DNA of 64,000 nt, from assembly GCA_965225815.1 (NCBI GenBank), contig CBDDBP010000006.1, forward strand, positions 2,956-66,955, read 5' to 3'. Positions 9,192 through 17,379 of this stretch are shown one piece after another. Below the pieces are notes generated by a model. That model had not been told where the DNA came from. It searched no databases and saw only the letters and a list, made by a program, of their open reading frames with translations. Made by a program: the position numbers and the translations under genes. Numbering within the stretch: position 1 is the stretch's first letter; every line of letters begins with the position of its first letter. The stretch is from Dehalococcoidia bacterium (lineage in GTDB: Bacteria; Chloroflexota; Dehalococcoidia; DSTF01; WHTK01).

Positions 9192-10181
9192 TTAGAGGGC
9201 TTTGGCGGCGAGGACTTTGACGTCGGCTTCGGGGCGGGCGCCGTAGTGGGAGATGACTTCGGCGGCCATGATGCCGCCGAGCTGGCCGCTGGTGGCGAGG
9301 TCGTGGCCGTGGGTGTAGGCGTAGAGGAAGCCGGCGGCGTAGGCGTCGCCGGCGCCGGTGGTGTCGACGACTTTGACGCCTTTTTCGGCGTCGATGACGT
9401 GCATTTCGTCGCCGTTGACGATGACGGAGCCTTTTTCGCTGCGCGTGAGGGCTGAGATTTCGGCGTGGCCGCGGACGTGCTGCAGGGCCTCGTCGAAGCT
9501 ATCGACCTGGTACAGCGAGAGGATTTCGGTTTCGTTGGCGAAGAGGATGTCGACGTGGTTGTCGATCAGCTCGATGAATTCGTCGCGGAAGCGGTCGACG
9601 CAGAAGGCGTCGGAGGTGGTGAAGGCGACTTTGACGCCGGACTCCTGGGCTTTGATGGCGGCGTTGCGCATGGCCTCTTTGGCGCGCGGCTGGTCCCAGA
9701 GATAGCCTTCGAGGTAGAGGACCTTCGAGCCGGTGATGTAGTCGAGGTTGACGTCGTCCGGCGTGAGCTGCGTGGTGGCGCCGAGGAAGGTCTGCATGGT
9801 GCGCTGGGCGTCCGGCGTGACAAAGATGAGGCAGCGTGCGGTGGAGAGTCCCTCGGTGAGCGGCGCGGTGTCGTAGGTGACGCCGACGGCGCGAATGTCG
9901 TGGGTGAAGACGTCGCCGAGCTGGTCATCGGCGACTTTTCCGATGTAGGCGGTGCGGCCGCCGAGGGCGGCGATGCCGGCGATGGTGTTGGCGGCGGAGC
10001 CGCCGGAGGATTCGACGCCGGGGCCCATGAGCTTGTAGAGGCGTTCGGCGTCGGTGGCGTCGATGAGGGACATGGCGCCCTTGGCGAGGTTGTGCTCGGT
10101 GAGGAGGGCGTCGTTAGCCTGGGCGAGGACGTCGACGATGGCGTTACCGATGGCGGTGACGTCGAAGCGCTTTTGATTCAT
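9192..10181 (-). CDS. PfkB-family carbohydrate/adenosine kinase
   Basis: 329 aa. N-terminal AIGNAIVDV, the GG motif SSGGSAANT and the C-terminal motif DTTGAGDAYAAGFL. Confidence 0.85.
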   Translation of the reverse strand: MNQKRFDVTAIGNAIVDVLAQANDALLTEHNLAKGAMSLIDATDAERLYKLMGPGVESSGGSAANTIAGIAALGGRTAYIGKVADDQLGDVFTHDIRAVGVTYDTAPLTEGLSTARCLIFVTPDAQRTMQTFLGATTQLTPDDVNLDYITGSKVLYLEGYLWDQPRAKEAMRNAAIKAQESGVKVAFTTSDAFCVDRFRDEFIELIDNHVDILFANETEILSLYQVDSFDEALQHVRGHAEISALTRSEKGSVIVNGDEMHVIDAEKGVKVVDTTGAGDAYAAGFLYAYTHGHDLATSGQLGGIMAAEVISHYGARPEADVKVLAAKAL

Positions 10182-10213
10182 GGGATGGGGCCTCGTGTTC
10201 TAGAAGGGTGGGC

Positions 10214-10239
10214 GGACGGAGCTGAAGCTTCGTCCCTAC
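10214..10239 (-). repeat. REP copy 3
   Basis: Same 26-mer as copies 1 and 2. Confidence 0.8.
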
Positions 10240-10270
10240 GGGCGTGTGGGCTCGGGTTTAGATTGTGGCG

Positions 10271-10403
10271 GCGCCTGCTGATGCGATGTCTTGATAACTA
10301 AAGCCGGGGATACCCCGGACCCCACTAAAGACGAGATAACGGCGCGTTGCCGGATCATGGCATGCGATCTAGATCGCAGACGCGCCTGCTGATGCGATGT
10401 CTT
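10271..10403. repeat. a-type hairpin element flanked by a 22-bp exact direct repeat
   Basis: gcgcctgctgatgcgatgtctt occurs at 10271-10292 and 10382-10403. These flank 89 bp containing taaagccggggataccccggaccccac. Confidence 0.8.
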
Positions 10404-10767
10404 CGTCTTCCTGGGAGGTGGCGCCGGATGCGCCGATGGCGCCGATGACGCCGGTGCTGTCGGTGAGGGGGACGGCGCCCTGGCGGGGGACGAAGCGTCG
10501 GCCGCTGAGCTGGTTGGCGATGGCGTGGTAGGCGGGCGAGGCGTCGGCGGCCATCGTTTCGAGCTGGCCGGAGGTGCGGCCGGTGAAGGCGGCGCCGGTG
10601 GCTTTGCCCTCGGCGATGGCGGCGGTGTAGGCGGGGACGTTGCCGAAGCGCTCGAAGAGGACCATGGCGCCGGTGATGTCGACGATGGCGACGCAGACGG
10701 GCTTACCGAGCTTGGTGGCGGCTTCGCCGGCGGCGGCCATCGCTTTCTTTGCGGTGTCTTTGTCCAT
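10369..10767 (-). CDS. GlcG/HbpS-like heme-binding protein (DUF336)
   Basis: Sequence MDKDTAKKAMAAAGEAATKLGKPVCVAIVD...GAIGASGATSQEDEDIA. GAGGAGG lies upstream of the ATG at 10767. Confidence 0.85.
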   Translation of the reverse strand: MDKDTAKKAMAAAGEAATKLGKPVCVAIVDITGAMVLFERFGNVPAYTAAIAEGKATGAAFTGRTSGQLETMAADASPAYHAIANQLSGRRFVPRQGAVPLTDSTGVIGAIGASGATSQEDEDIASAGASAI

Positions 10768-10924
10768 GGGGTGATCCTCCTCGGAGTTCTCGTTTGTCCG
10801 CTCAGTGCCGGTGGGGTTGCGAAGCAATGATAGCGCAGGAGGGCGAGGGCCAACGGCGACAGCGTGTCCGCCTGAACTGCGTATGCGATAAAATCATCGA
10901 ATTAGGGTTTGGCTAGGAGGCACA

Positions 10925-11397
10925 ATGAACGATTTTAGCGCGGCTGCCTTTAGAGATCTGATCCGCTTGCTGGAGCAAGCCCAACTGGGGTGGGTTGTGG
11001 AGGAGGTTCAAGAGACCATCTCAGAAGGTCAGTTAATGGCGAAGGTGGACGAGCCACGGACGGGAGGCTTTTCTCTGGTGGACGTTTCATCTGACGTTGG
11101 GAGCTTAGCCAGCAGAGGTCTAACGACTCAGCCATTACGTCTGATGAGCAACTTGGACTACTGATTGACGCAGTCCGACGAGTTTCATTGGATGTCCGTA
11201 TGGTCGTGGACGCGACTAGAGAAATCCTTCAAGGCGAGGCTCGCGAATCGGATATTCAACCGTTGGTCTATTTCGTCCAACCTGGTCAGGAGGTGTCTCC
11301 CGAGACCCTGTTATTTGGGGATCAGAGCTCAAGTGCCGCATTTGCAGAGGCGTCGACGCAACTGGTCGAACTTTTGGAAGAGCAACGGCGAGCATGA
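10925..11397 (+). CDS. Hypothetical protein (about 157 aa if one frame change at GGG 11099-11101 is bridged), first gene of the low-GC cassette
   Basis: AGGAGG at 10915-10920 and ATG at 10925. The frame of ORF 11188..11397 is open back to 11095 and reads like protein (SDEQLGLLIDAVRRVSLDV). I recognise no family. Confidence 0.45.
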
Positions 11398-12065
11398 ATC
11401 AGGTTGTACAAGGCGAGATCCGCCGATTGACCGGCATCGCGATTGATCCGAAGCTAAGTTCTCAGATTAAGCTCTGGGACCTATACGAGGCTTACCTATT
11501 TTCAGTTATCGTCAGGTCGGCCCGACGTCAGTCTGCTGACGTTGATTACGTGACGGCCAGCGGTTCGCAAGCGCAACACTTCGTGTTTCGCACTAGTCCC
11601 GGTCAAATTTATTCTCGTAATCCCGAATACACCCACGCGGTCTTGCGATTTCAGAATCGCCCTCCTCTTGAGGTTCATGTGGGAATCATGGTGCAAGGAA
11701 CCTCTCGTGTTACCCATGAATGCGATGTTGCTGTGCTCTATCAATCTGAGGCGGACTATTGCCGCACGAATCAGACTGTTCCGCGCAATACAGAACTTCT
11801 CCTAACGATTGAAGCGAAGTATCTGACTTCCCATCTGGGTATAGGCTTGGGTCGGAATTTCTTGGGCCTCCTTTCCGACTTGGGAGCCGGGGGAGAGAAC
11901 TCTTCGCTTGTAGCAAATGTACCTGGCCCAAATGTTGAGAGACTTCTCGCGTCAAAGTCAAAAGAGTGGTTTACCGAGACTCTTCCGAATACTCGGCGCC
12001 TCACGCTTCTCGAAAGCCACATTGAGCAGGTTTTCCTTAATTTTCAACGTGGGGCCAGACGCTAG
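11394..12065 (+). CDS. PD-(D/E)xK-type nuclease-fold protein (predicted)
   Basis: ATGA overlap with the upstream ORF. Motif order is E (DLYEAYLF), D (THECDVAVLY), then E-x-K (LLTIEAKY). G+C is low relative to the flanks. Confidence 0.55.
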   Translation: MNQVVQGEIRRLTGIAIDPKLSSQIKLWDLYEAYLFSVIVRSARRQSADVDYVTASGSQAQHFVFRTSPGQIYSRNPEYTHAVLRFQNRPPLEVHVGIMVQGTSRVTHECDVAVLYQSEADYCRTNQTVPRNTELLLTIEAKYLTSHLGIGLGRNFLGLLSDLGAGGENSSLVANVPGPNVERLLASKSKEWFTETLPNTRRLTLLESHIEQVFLNFQRGARR

Positions 12066-12155
12066 CGGAGACCTCACCGTGATGCGATTGTGGCAAGGCG
12101 TTCGGCTCGCTAACGTGGGGTGGCCTCGCAACGCCGATGAGTCAGGAGATGAGAC

Positions 12156-13109
12156 GTGACGATTGATATTCATGCGCACTACCACCCGCGGGCATATCTT
12201 GCGGCGGCTTCGAAGGCGATGGGGCGGGAGATCGGGCCGTTTGTGCCGCACCCGGATACGGACGACGCGGAGCACATCGAGACGCGGCTGCGGGAGATGG
12301 CGGAGGCGGGCGTGACGCTGCAGGTGCTGTCGCCGGCGGCGGGCCGGGCGCCGTATGGCGAGGAGGAGTCGACTTCGGTCGAGGCGGCGCGGCTGTGCAA
12401 CGACCTGACGGCGGCGTTCGTGGCGCGCTATCCGGACCGCTTCAAGGCATTCGTGACGCTGCCGCTGCCGCACATCGAGGCGTCGGTTGCGGAGCTAAAG
12501 CGGGCGATGGAGCTACCGGGGATGATCGGGTTGAACCTGCACATCTCGGCGCAGGAACGGTCGGTGGCGGAGGACGACTTCCTGCCGATTTACGAGGAGA
12601 TGAACCGCCGCAAGGGGCTGATCTTCTACCACCCGTGCGGCAACGGGATCTGCTCGCCGATGATCATGGACTGGGGCCTGGGTGGGGCGATGGGCACGTC
12701 TTTGGAGGACGCGGCGATCGTGGCGCACCTGATCAAGAAGCAGATAGCTTGGAAGTTTCCTGACATCAAGATTGTAGTGCCGCACCTGGGTGGGCCGATC
12801 GCGATGCTGCTGGACCGTCTGAACAATCAGTACTCGATGAAGGCGCTGGGGCTGCCGGAGCCGCCGAAGGACACGGCGCGACGCTTCTACTACGACACGG
12901 TGGGGCACGCGTCGCACGCGGCGCTGACCTGCGCGGTGATGGCGTACGGGGCGGACCACGTGCTGGTGGGGAGTGACTACCCGGTGCTGCATTCGTGGGA
13001 GACATACGAGCGGACGATCAACTGGCCGCGCGACGTTGACCTGCCAGCGGGGGCGGTGGAGCAGATCATGGAGAAGACGGTGCTTACGGTTTTGGGGGAT
13101 CGAGTCTGA
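12156..13109 (+). CDS. Amidohydrolase_2 (ACMSD-like) family hydrolase/decarboxylase
   Basis: Sequence starts IDIHAHYHP and ends ...VLVGSDYPV. GTG start follows AGGAG. Confidence 0.9.
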   Translation: MTIDIHAHYHPRAYLAAASKAMGREIGPFVPHPDTDDAEHIETRLREMAEAGVTLQVLSPAAGRAPYGEEESTSVEAARLCNDLTAAFVARYPDRFKAFVTLPLPHIEASVAELKRAMELPGMIGLNLHISAQERSVAEDDFLPIYEEMNRRKGLIFYHPCGNGICSPMIMDWGLGGAMGTSLEDAAIVAHLIKKQIAWKFPDIKIVVPHLGGPIAMLLDRLNNQYSMKALGLPEPPKDTARRFYYDTVGHASHAALTCAVMAYGADHVLVGSDYPVLHSWETYERTINWPRDVDLPAGAVEQIMEKTVLTVLGDRV

Positions 13110-13384
13110 CAGCCGCGCTAGCCCGGGGTTAAAGCTTTAGGCGCCTTTCTTCGTGTTGCGGGGAGAGGCGCTTTGTTGGTGGCGGTTGTGGAAGTGAGAC
13201 GGGGCGTTGAAGGCTTCGCGACCTTCGCCCTTCCTGGCGGGCGGGCTTGTGCGCTTCGCGTACTAAGAAGGGATTCATTCCGAGGGGACACCCCTCGGGC
13301 TCCCCGCGCATGGGCTGCGCCCCCGCTACCCCTGCTGGTGTTATTCGAGGGTGGGGCGGTCGTGGACTGGGTTTGGGTGTTGGC

Positions 13385-13410
13385 GGACGGAGCTGAAGCT
13401 TCGTCTCTAC
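13385..13410 (-). repeat. REP copy 4
   Basis: ggacggagctgaagcttcgtct+ctac, with 1 mismatch in the stem. Confidence 0.75.
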
Positions 13411-13582
13411 GTTGGCGTTGCTGCGCTCTTCGTGGCGGGGTGGGGTGGGCGCTTCGCCTACTAAGAAGGGATTCATTCCGAGGGGACACCCCTCGTGCTC
13501 CCCGCGTATGGGCTGCGCCCCCGCTACCCTTGCTGGCGTTATTCGAGGTTGGGGCGGCCGTGGACTGGGTTGGGGTGTTGGC

Positions 13583-13608
13583 GGACGGAGCTGAAGCTTC
13601 GTCTCTAC
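13583..13608 (-). repeat. REP copy 5
   Basis: Same sequence as copy 4. Confidence 0.75.
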
Positions 13609-13829
13609 GTTGGCGTTGCTGCGCTCTTCGTGGCGGGCGGGGTTGTGTTGCGCCTCTTAAGAAGGGATTCATTTCGAAAGGCCTCCTGTCCGGCTGGCCG
13701 GTTTGGCTTCGACGAGAGCTGGGGTCGAAAGCGGAGGAGACAACCAGACGCAGCGTTTTGATCCTTCGCGGGGCTCAGGATGACAGTGAGGGTGGCCGAA
13801 ACCGGATTCTCGATGGGGACAGACGAGGC

Positions 13830-14186
13830 TTATGGCGTGGGGATGGTCAGGGTGTCGCCGGGCTGGATGAGGTCCGGGTTGGTGATGTCGTTGGCGGCGG
13901 CGAGAGCTTCGACGGTGACGCCGAACTGGGTGGCGATGACGCCAAGGCTGTCGCCGGCTTGAATGACGTACTCCCGCGCGGACTGCACTTCTTGAGTCGG
14001 CGCTGGGATTGAAGTTGCCGAGAGAAGCGGCTGCGTGGGGGCGATCTGGGGCGGCAATGTGGCCGTGGCTTCCGGGGCGTCTATGCCGCCGCTACAGGCA
14101 GCGAGCAGCAACGTGAGGAGGCTCGCGATGGCGAGCAGTGGGCCTTTATGTCCAAGAATTCGCAATCTGAAGAAGATGACTGTCAT
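13830..14186 (-). CDS. LysM-domain lipoprotein
   Basis: Signal peptide with lipobox LLLAAC. The C-terminal LysM domain reads YVIQAGDSLGVIATQFGVTVEALAAANDITNPDLIQPGDTLTIP. Confidence 0.8.
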   Translation of the reverse strand: MTVIFFRLRILGHKGPLLAIASLLTLLLAACSGGIDAPEATATLPPQIAPTQPLLSATSIPAPTQEVQSAREYVIQAGDSLGVIATQFGVTVEALAAANDITNPDLIQPGDTLTIPTP

Positions 14187-14258
14187 GGCGAGAATCCTAT
14201 GCCCGCATCGGCCCGTTATCAAGGGCTAACATCGACGCTTCGCAAACTTTGATGAGAG

Positions 14259-14633
14259 CTAGGCTAGCTCGTCATCGTCGGTGAGGGGTTCGCCCTCTAT
14301 GGCGGTCTTGAGGTTCGAGAGGGCGATGGTGAGCGTCATCTCAAGGTTGCGGCGGTAGTGCCCGAAGGTGGCGACCTGATACATGGCATAGCGCCAGCTC
14401 AAGGCTTCGGCGAGAATCGCGACTTCAGTATGTTCGGGGTGCGGTTCGATGCTGTAGGTGAGACGGCAGGGCATGCCACCGAGATCGACGAGCAGGGAGA
14501 AGGTACGGGGCCAGGCTGAGGACTCGACGTCGAAGACCTCGGAGTCGCCCCCAGAGAGATCGTGCCAGAGGACGTCCCAGATCGTCTCAGGGTCGGCGTT
14601 GATCGCGAATGCGCGTTCTATGGGAGCAGCCAC
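14259..14633 (-). CDS. SRPBCC (START/Bet v1-like) family protein
   Basis: GTG at 14633 gives VAAPIERAFAINADPETIWDVLW.... It lies downstream of the AraC stop, and the track fused the two as a single 445-aa ORF. Confidence 0.6.
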   Translation of the reverse strand: MAAPIERAFAINADPETIWDVLWHDLSGGDSEVFDVESSAWPRTFSLLVDLGGMPCRLTYSIEPHPEHTEVAILAEALSWRYAMYQVATFGHYRRNLEMTLTIALSNLKTAIEGEPLTDDDELA

Positions 14634-14667
14634 TATTGAACTGTAGCAGTCCGAGGCTCCGGCGGGG

Positions 14668-15596
14668 CTAAACGATGCGTGCTTTGCGGAAGGCCGCGGG
14701 CGAGATGCGGGAGTGCTCCTTAAAGGCCTGAGAAAAGTGACTGCGGCTGGTGAAGCCGACACGCCGGGCGATCTGATCGAGGCTGTAGTCTCGTTGGCCT
14801 GATGCAGGATATGGGCGGCGCGGCGGAGCCGGAGGTCGTGGAGGAAGTGCATCGGCCCGGAGCCGAACGCGGCGTTGAAGCGCTCGGCGAAGACGGTGCG
14901 ACTCATGGCCGACGTATCGGCGAGCGAAGCGACCGTGTGCGGCGCTTCGGGGCGGTTGAGCATCGCGTCGAGGGCGGGAGCGAGCGTGGGGTCCTGCAAG
15001 GCTGAGAGCCAGGTCAGGGGTTGATCTTCCTGAGCGGAGAGATGACGCATGAGGTAGACGAGGCACTGGCTCATGAGGGCCTGGGTCAGGGGTCCGCTGC
15101 CGGCCGACGGGCTGCGCTGCTCGGCAAGCAGGCTTTCGAAGGCAGTGCGAGCCTGAGGATAGGCCGACAAGTCGGCGACCAGAACCTCGTCGAGGTGGTG
15201 AAAGAGGCTGAGAGAGTCGCCGTAGGTCACGTTGATCAGGCCGCAGGCAACCTGGAGGTCAGGGGAGTCGCCGGGGCCAGCCGTGAAGACGTGGACCTGG
15301 CCCTCAGGCAGCATCGCGGCGTCGATCTGGACGAGCGAGGAGATTTCGGGGCCGCACTCGAGGCTGTGTTTGACGTTCCTGGGGATGACTGCGAGCCAGG
15401 AGGGGCCGATGGCAAAGGCCTCGTCGCGAGAGTTTCGCAGCGTGCCCTGGCCTTCCAGGACGAAGTGCAGCAGAACCTCCGGGGGGCCGGGCAGGTTTAG
15501 ACGCCAGCCCGTGTTCACGAGGCAGATGGCGAAGGGTTCGACCTGAATAGTGACGTTTGCCAGGAGTTGGTCAAGGAGCACGTCACTATTCTGCAC
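14668..15596 (-). CDS. AraC-family transcriptional regulator (cupin N-domain), one frame disruption near 14790
   Basis: The first HTH (HTVASLADTSAMSRTVFAERFNAAFGSGPMHFLHDLRLRRAAHIL) is in one frame. The second HTH (DYSLDQIARRVGFTSRSHFSQAFKEHSRISPAAFRKA) is in another frame and ends at 14668. Confidence 0.7.
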
Positions 15597-15733
15597 GCTT
15601 GGAGGAGGCCGGTGAAAGGCCTTGCTCGCCGCTGAATCTACGGACGCATCGGCACGCGGTGCGAACCATTCCGCACATTGTTAGTCCCATGCTGGCTTCA
15701 AACCAGAGGTTAGCCAAGAAAGGACGAAACAGC

Positions 15734-16378
15734 ATGGACTTCAACGCCAAGGACACGGCAATCGTTATTACGGACCCGCAGAACGACTTCCTGAGCCCGG
15801 AGGGCGTCACGTGGGGACTCGTCGGCGCGAGTGTGGAAGCGAACGGGACGGTAGGCCACATCGAAGCGCTGCTGAAGACGGCGAAGGACAAGGGCTACGA
15901 CGTGTTCATCTCGCCGCACTACTACTACCCGACGGACAAGGGCTGGCAGTTCGGCGGCACGGTCGAGAACCTGATGCACGAGATCGACATGTTCGACCGC
16001 AAGGGCGCGCTCACGACCGAGGGATTCCAAGGCTCGGGCGCGGACTGGTTGGAGCAGTACAAGCCGTACATTAATGACGGGAAGACGATTGTAGCGAGCC
16101 CGCACAAGATGTACGGGCCGGAGAGCAACGACCTGGTGCTGCAGCTGCACAAGCGCGGCAAGTCGAAAGTGATCCTAGCGGGGATGTCGGCGAACCTTTG
16201 TACGGAAGCTCACATGAGAGAACTGCTGGAGCAGGGGTTCGAGGTCGCCGTGGTTGCGGACGCGACCGCCGCGGCGAACCACGAGGAGCTGGGCGATGGC
16301 TACGCGACCGCGCTGACGAACTTCCGGTATATGGCGAACGAGGTTACGGACACCGACAAGGTGGTCGCCGCACTGTAG
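15734..16378 (+). CDS. Isochorismatase-family cysteine hydrolase
   Basis: Sequence AIVITDPQNDF...ILAGMSANLCTEAHMR. ATG at 15734 follows AAGGA. Confidence 0.9.
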   Translation: MDFNAKDTAIVITDPQNDFLSPEGVTWGLVGASVEANGTVGHIEALLKTAKDKGYDVFISPHYYYPTDKGWQFGGTVENLMHEIDMFDRKGALTTEGFQGSGADWLEQYKPYINDGKTIVASPHKMYGPESNDLVLQLHKRGKSKVILAGMSANLCTEAHMRELLEQGFEVAVVADATAAANHEELGDGYATALTNFRYMANEVTDTDKVVAAL

Positions 16379-16404
16379 GTACTGCAGCGCGGGAGAGATT
16401 TGGG

Positions 16405-16433
16405 GAGCCGGGACGCCGCATGCGTCCCGGCTC
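16405..16433 (+). terminator. Rho-independent terminator
   Basis: GAGCCGGGACGC-cgcat-GCGTCCCGGCTC followed by TTTCGTG, 27 nt after the stop codon. Confidence 0.7.
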
Positions 16434-16465
16434 TTTCGTGTAGAAGGCGCATCACCCCCGCTGCC

Positions 16466-16499
16466 GCGATCCCCTCTCCGCGCACGGAGAGGGGATCGC
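16466..16499. repeat. d-type hairpin repeat (14-bp perfect stem)
   Basis: GCGATCCCCTCTCC-gcgcac-GGAGAGGGGATCGC. A related copy, cacccccgctgctgcgcgcccctctccgtgcgcgcagagggg, lies at 16983-17026. Confidence 0.7.
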
Positions 16500-16536
16500 G
16501 GATGATGACGGATTCCCTGGCGAAGCGGGGCGTCGT

Positions 16537-16845
16537 CTAGCCGAGCACTTCGGTGGCGCAGCGGGAGGCGTTCACGCCGTTGGGCCAGCCGGCGTAGAAG
16601 GTGACGTGGGTAATCATCTCCGCGAGCTCGTCTTTGGTGACGCCGTTCTCGACGGCGCGGACGAGGTGTCCCTTGAGCTCGTCGGTGCGGTAGAGGGCGG
16701 TGAGGACGGCGCAGGTGATCAGGCTACGGTCGCGCTTGGAGAGCTCGGGACGCTCCCAGATGTCGCCGAAGAGGACGCTGTCACGGAGTTCACCGAGCTT
16801 GGGGACAAAGGCGTAGTTGCCGGCGGGACGTGGTGGGATTGTCAT
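16537..16845 (-). CDS. Carboxymuconolactone decarboxylase (CMD/AhpD-like) family protein
   Basis: 102 aa. Sequence RDRSLITCAVLTALYRTDELKGHLVRAVENGVTKDELAEMITHVTFYAGWP. Confidence 0.85.
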   Translation of the reverse strand: MTIPPRPAGNYAFVPKLGELRDSVLFGDIWERPELSKRDRSLITCAVLTALYRTDELKGHLVRAVENGVTKDELAEMITHVTFYAGWPNGVNASRCATEVLG

Positions 16846-17062
16846 TTCGAGTTGTCTCCTTGGGCTAAAGCGGGGCGTTGGCTGGGGCGATTGTAGCGGG
16901 AGTTGGTGATGGCTTCTGCAGGTTGAGACCTGCTTTGGGTGGTAACCGTGAGGGGCTTGAGGCGATGGTGGGTGACGGTCACCTCACCCCCGCTGCTGCG
17001 CGCCCCTCTCCGTGCGCGCAGAGGGGCTGTGGACGACGGTGGGCCTAGATCTGGACTGGCCC

Positions 17063-17379
17063 AGCGGGCTGATGAAGAGGGCGCGAGAATGCGAAGATGG
17101 GGTCGCTGTGGACCGCACTGAAGGGTGAACACGGTGGGCAGATTGAGCAGATTCGAGGAGACTGAGATGAAGGTTGGGGTTATTGGAGTCGGGCTGGTTT
17201 GAAAGATGGGGCACGCCAGACCCGGTTGAAGTGCTGATAGCAGGCCGGGTGTAGCGACAAAGGAGGTTGAGATGAAGGTTGGGTTTATCGGACTCGGGCT
17301 AGTTTGAAGATGGGGATACGCCATGCCCCGCTGAAGCGTGTTGACGGCGGGTCGTTGGTAGCTGACAGAGGAGATTGAG
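17063..17379 (+). repeat. Tandem 105-108 bp units duplicating the SD plus first 11 codons of the downstream gene, joined to an a-type hairpin
   Basis: SD+ATG occurs at 17167, 17272 and 17380 (the real start). The mini-ORFs are MKVGVIGVGLV* (17167-17202) and MKVGFIGLGLV* (17272-17307). A degenerate fourth unit lies near 17063. Confidence 0.85.

Larger units (their letters stand above)
13185..13680. repeat. REP-like tandem array (about 2.5 units of 196 bp)
   Basis: gtggactgggt recurs at 13362 and 13558. Each unit has three hairpins: the REP, cgaggggacacccctcg (13281-13297 and 13479-13495), and gcgcatgggctgcgc. Confidence 0.85.

Noticed and set aside
10236-10853. 205-aa Pro/Ala-rich ORF and similar Pro-rich ORFs (20217..20579 -, 55037..55636 -, 57228..57917 -)
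   Set aside because: These are out-of-frame readings of real genes on the same strand. The low-complexity composition derives from GC-rich codons.
13118-14012. ORFs spanning the repeat arrays (13173..14012 +, 13118..13672 -, 4964..5440 +, 8664..9038 +, 16842..17477 -, 18306..18685 -)
   Set aside because: They are translations of tandem REP-like units, with internally repetitive peptide text such as RGDTPRAPRAWAAPPLP. They have no start context, and the same strings occur in several frames and strands.
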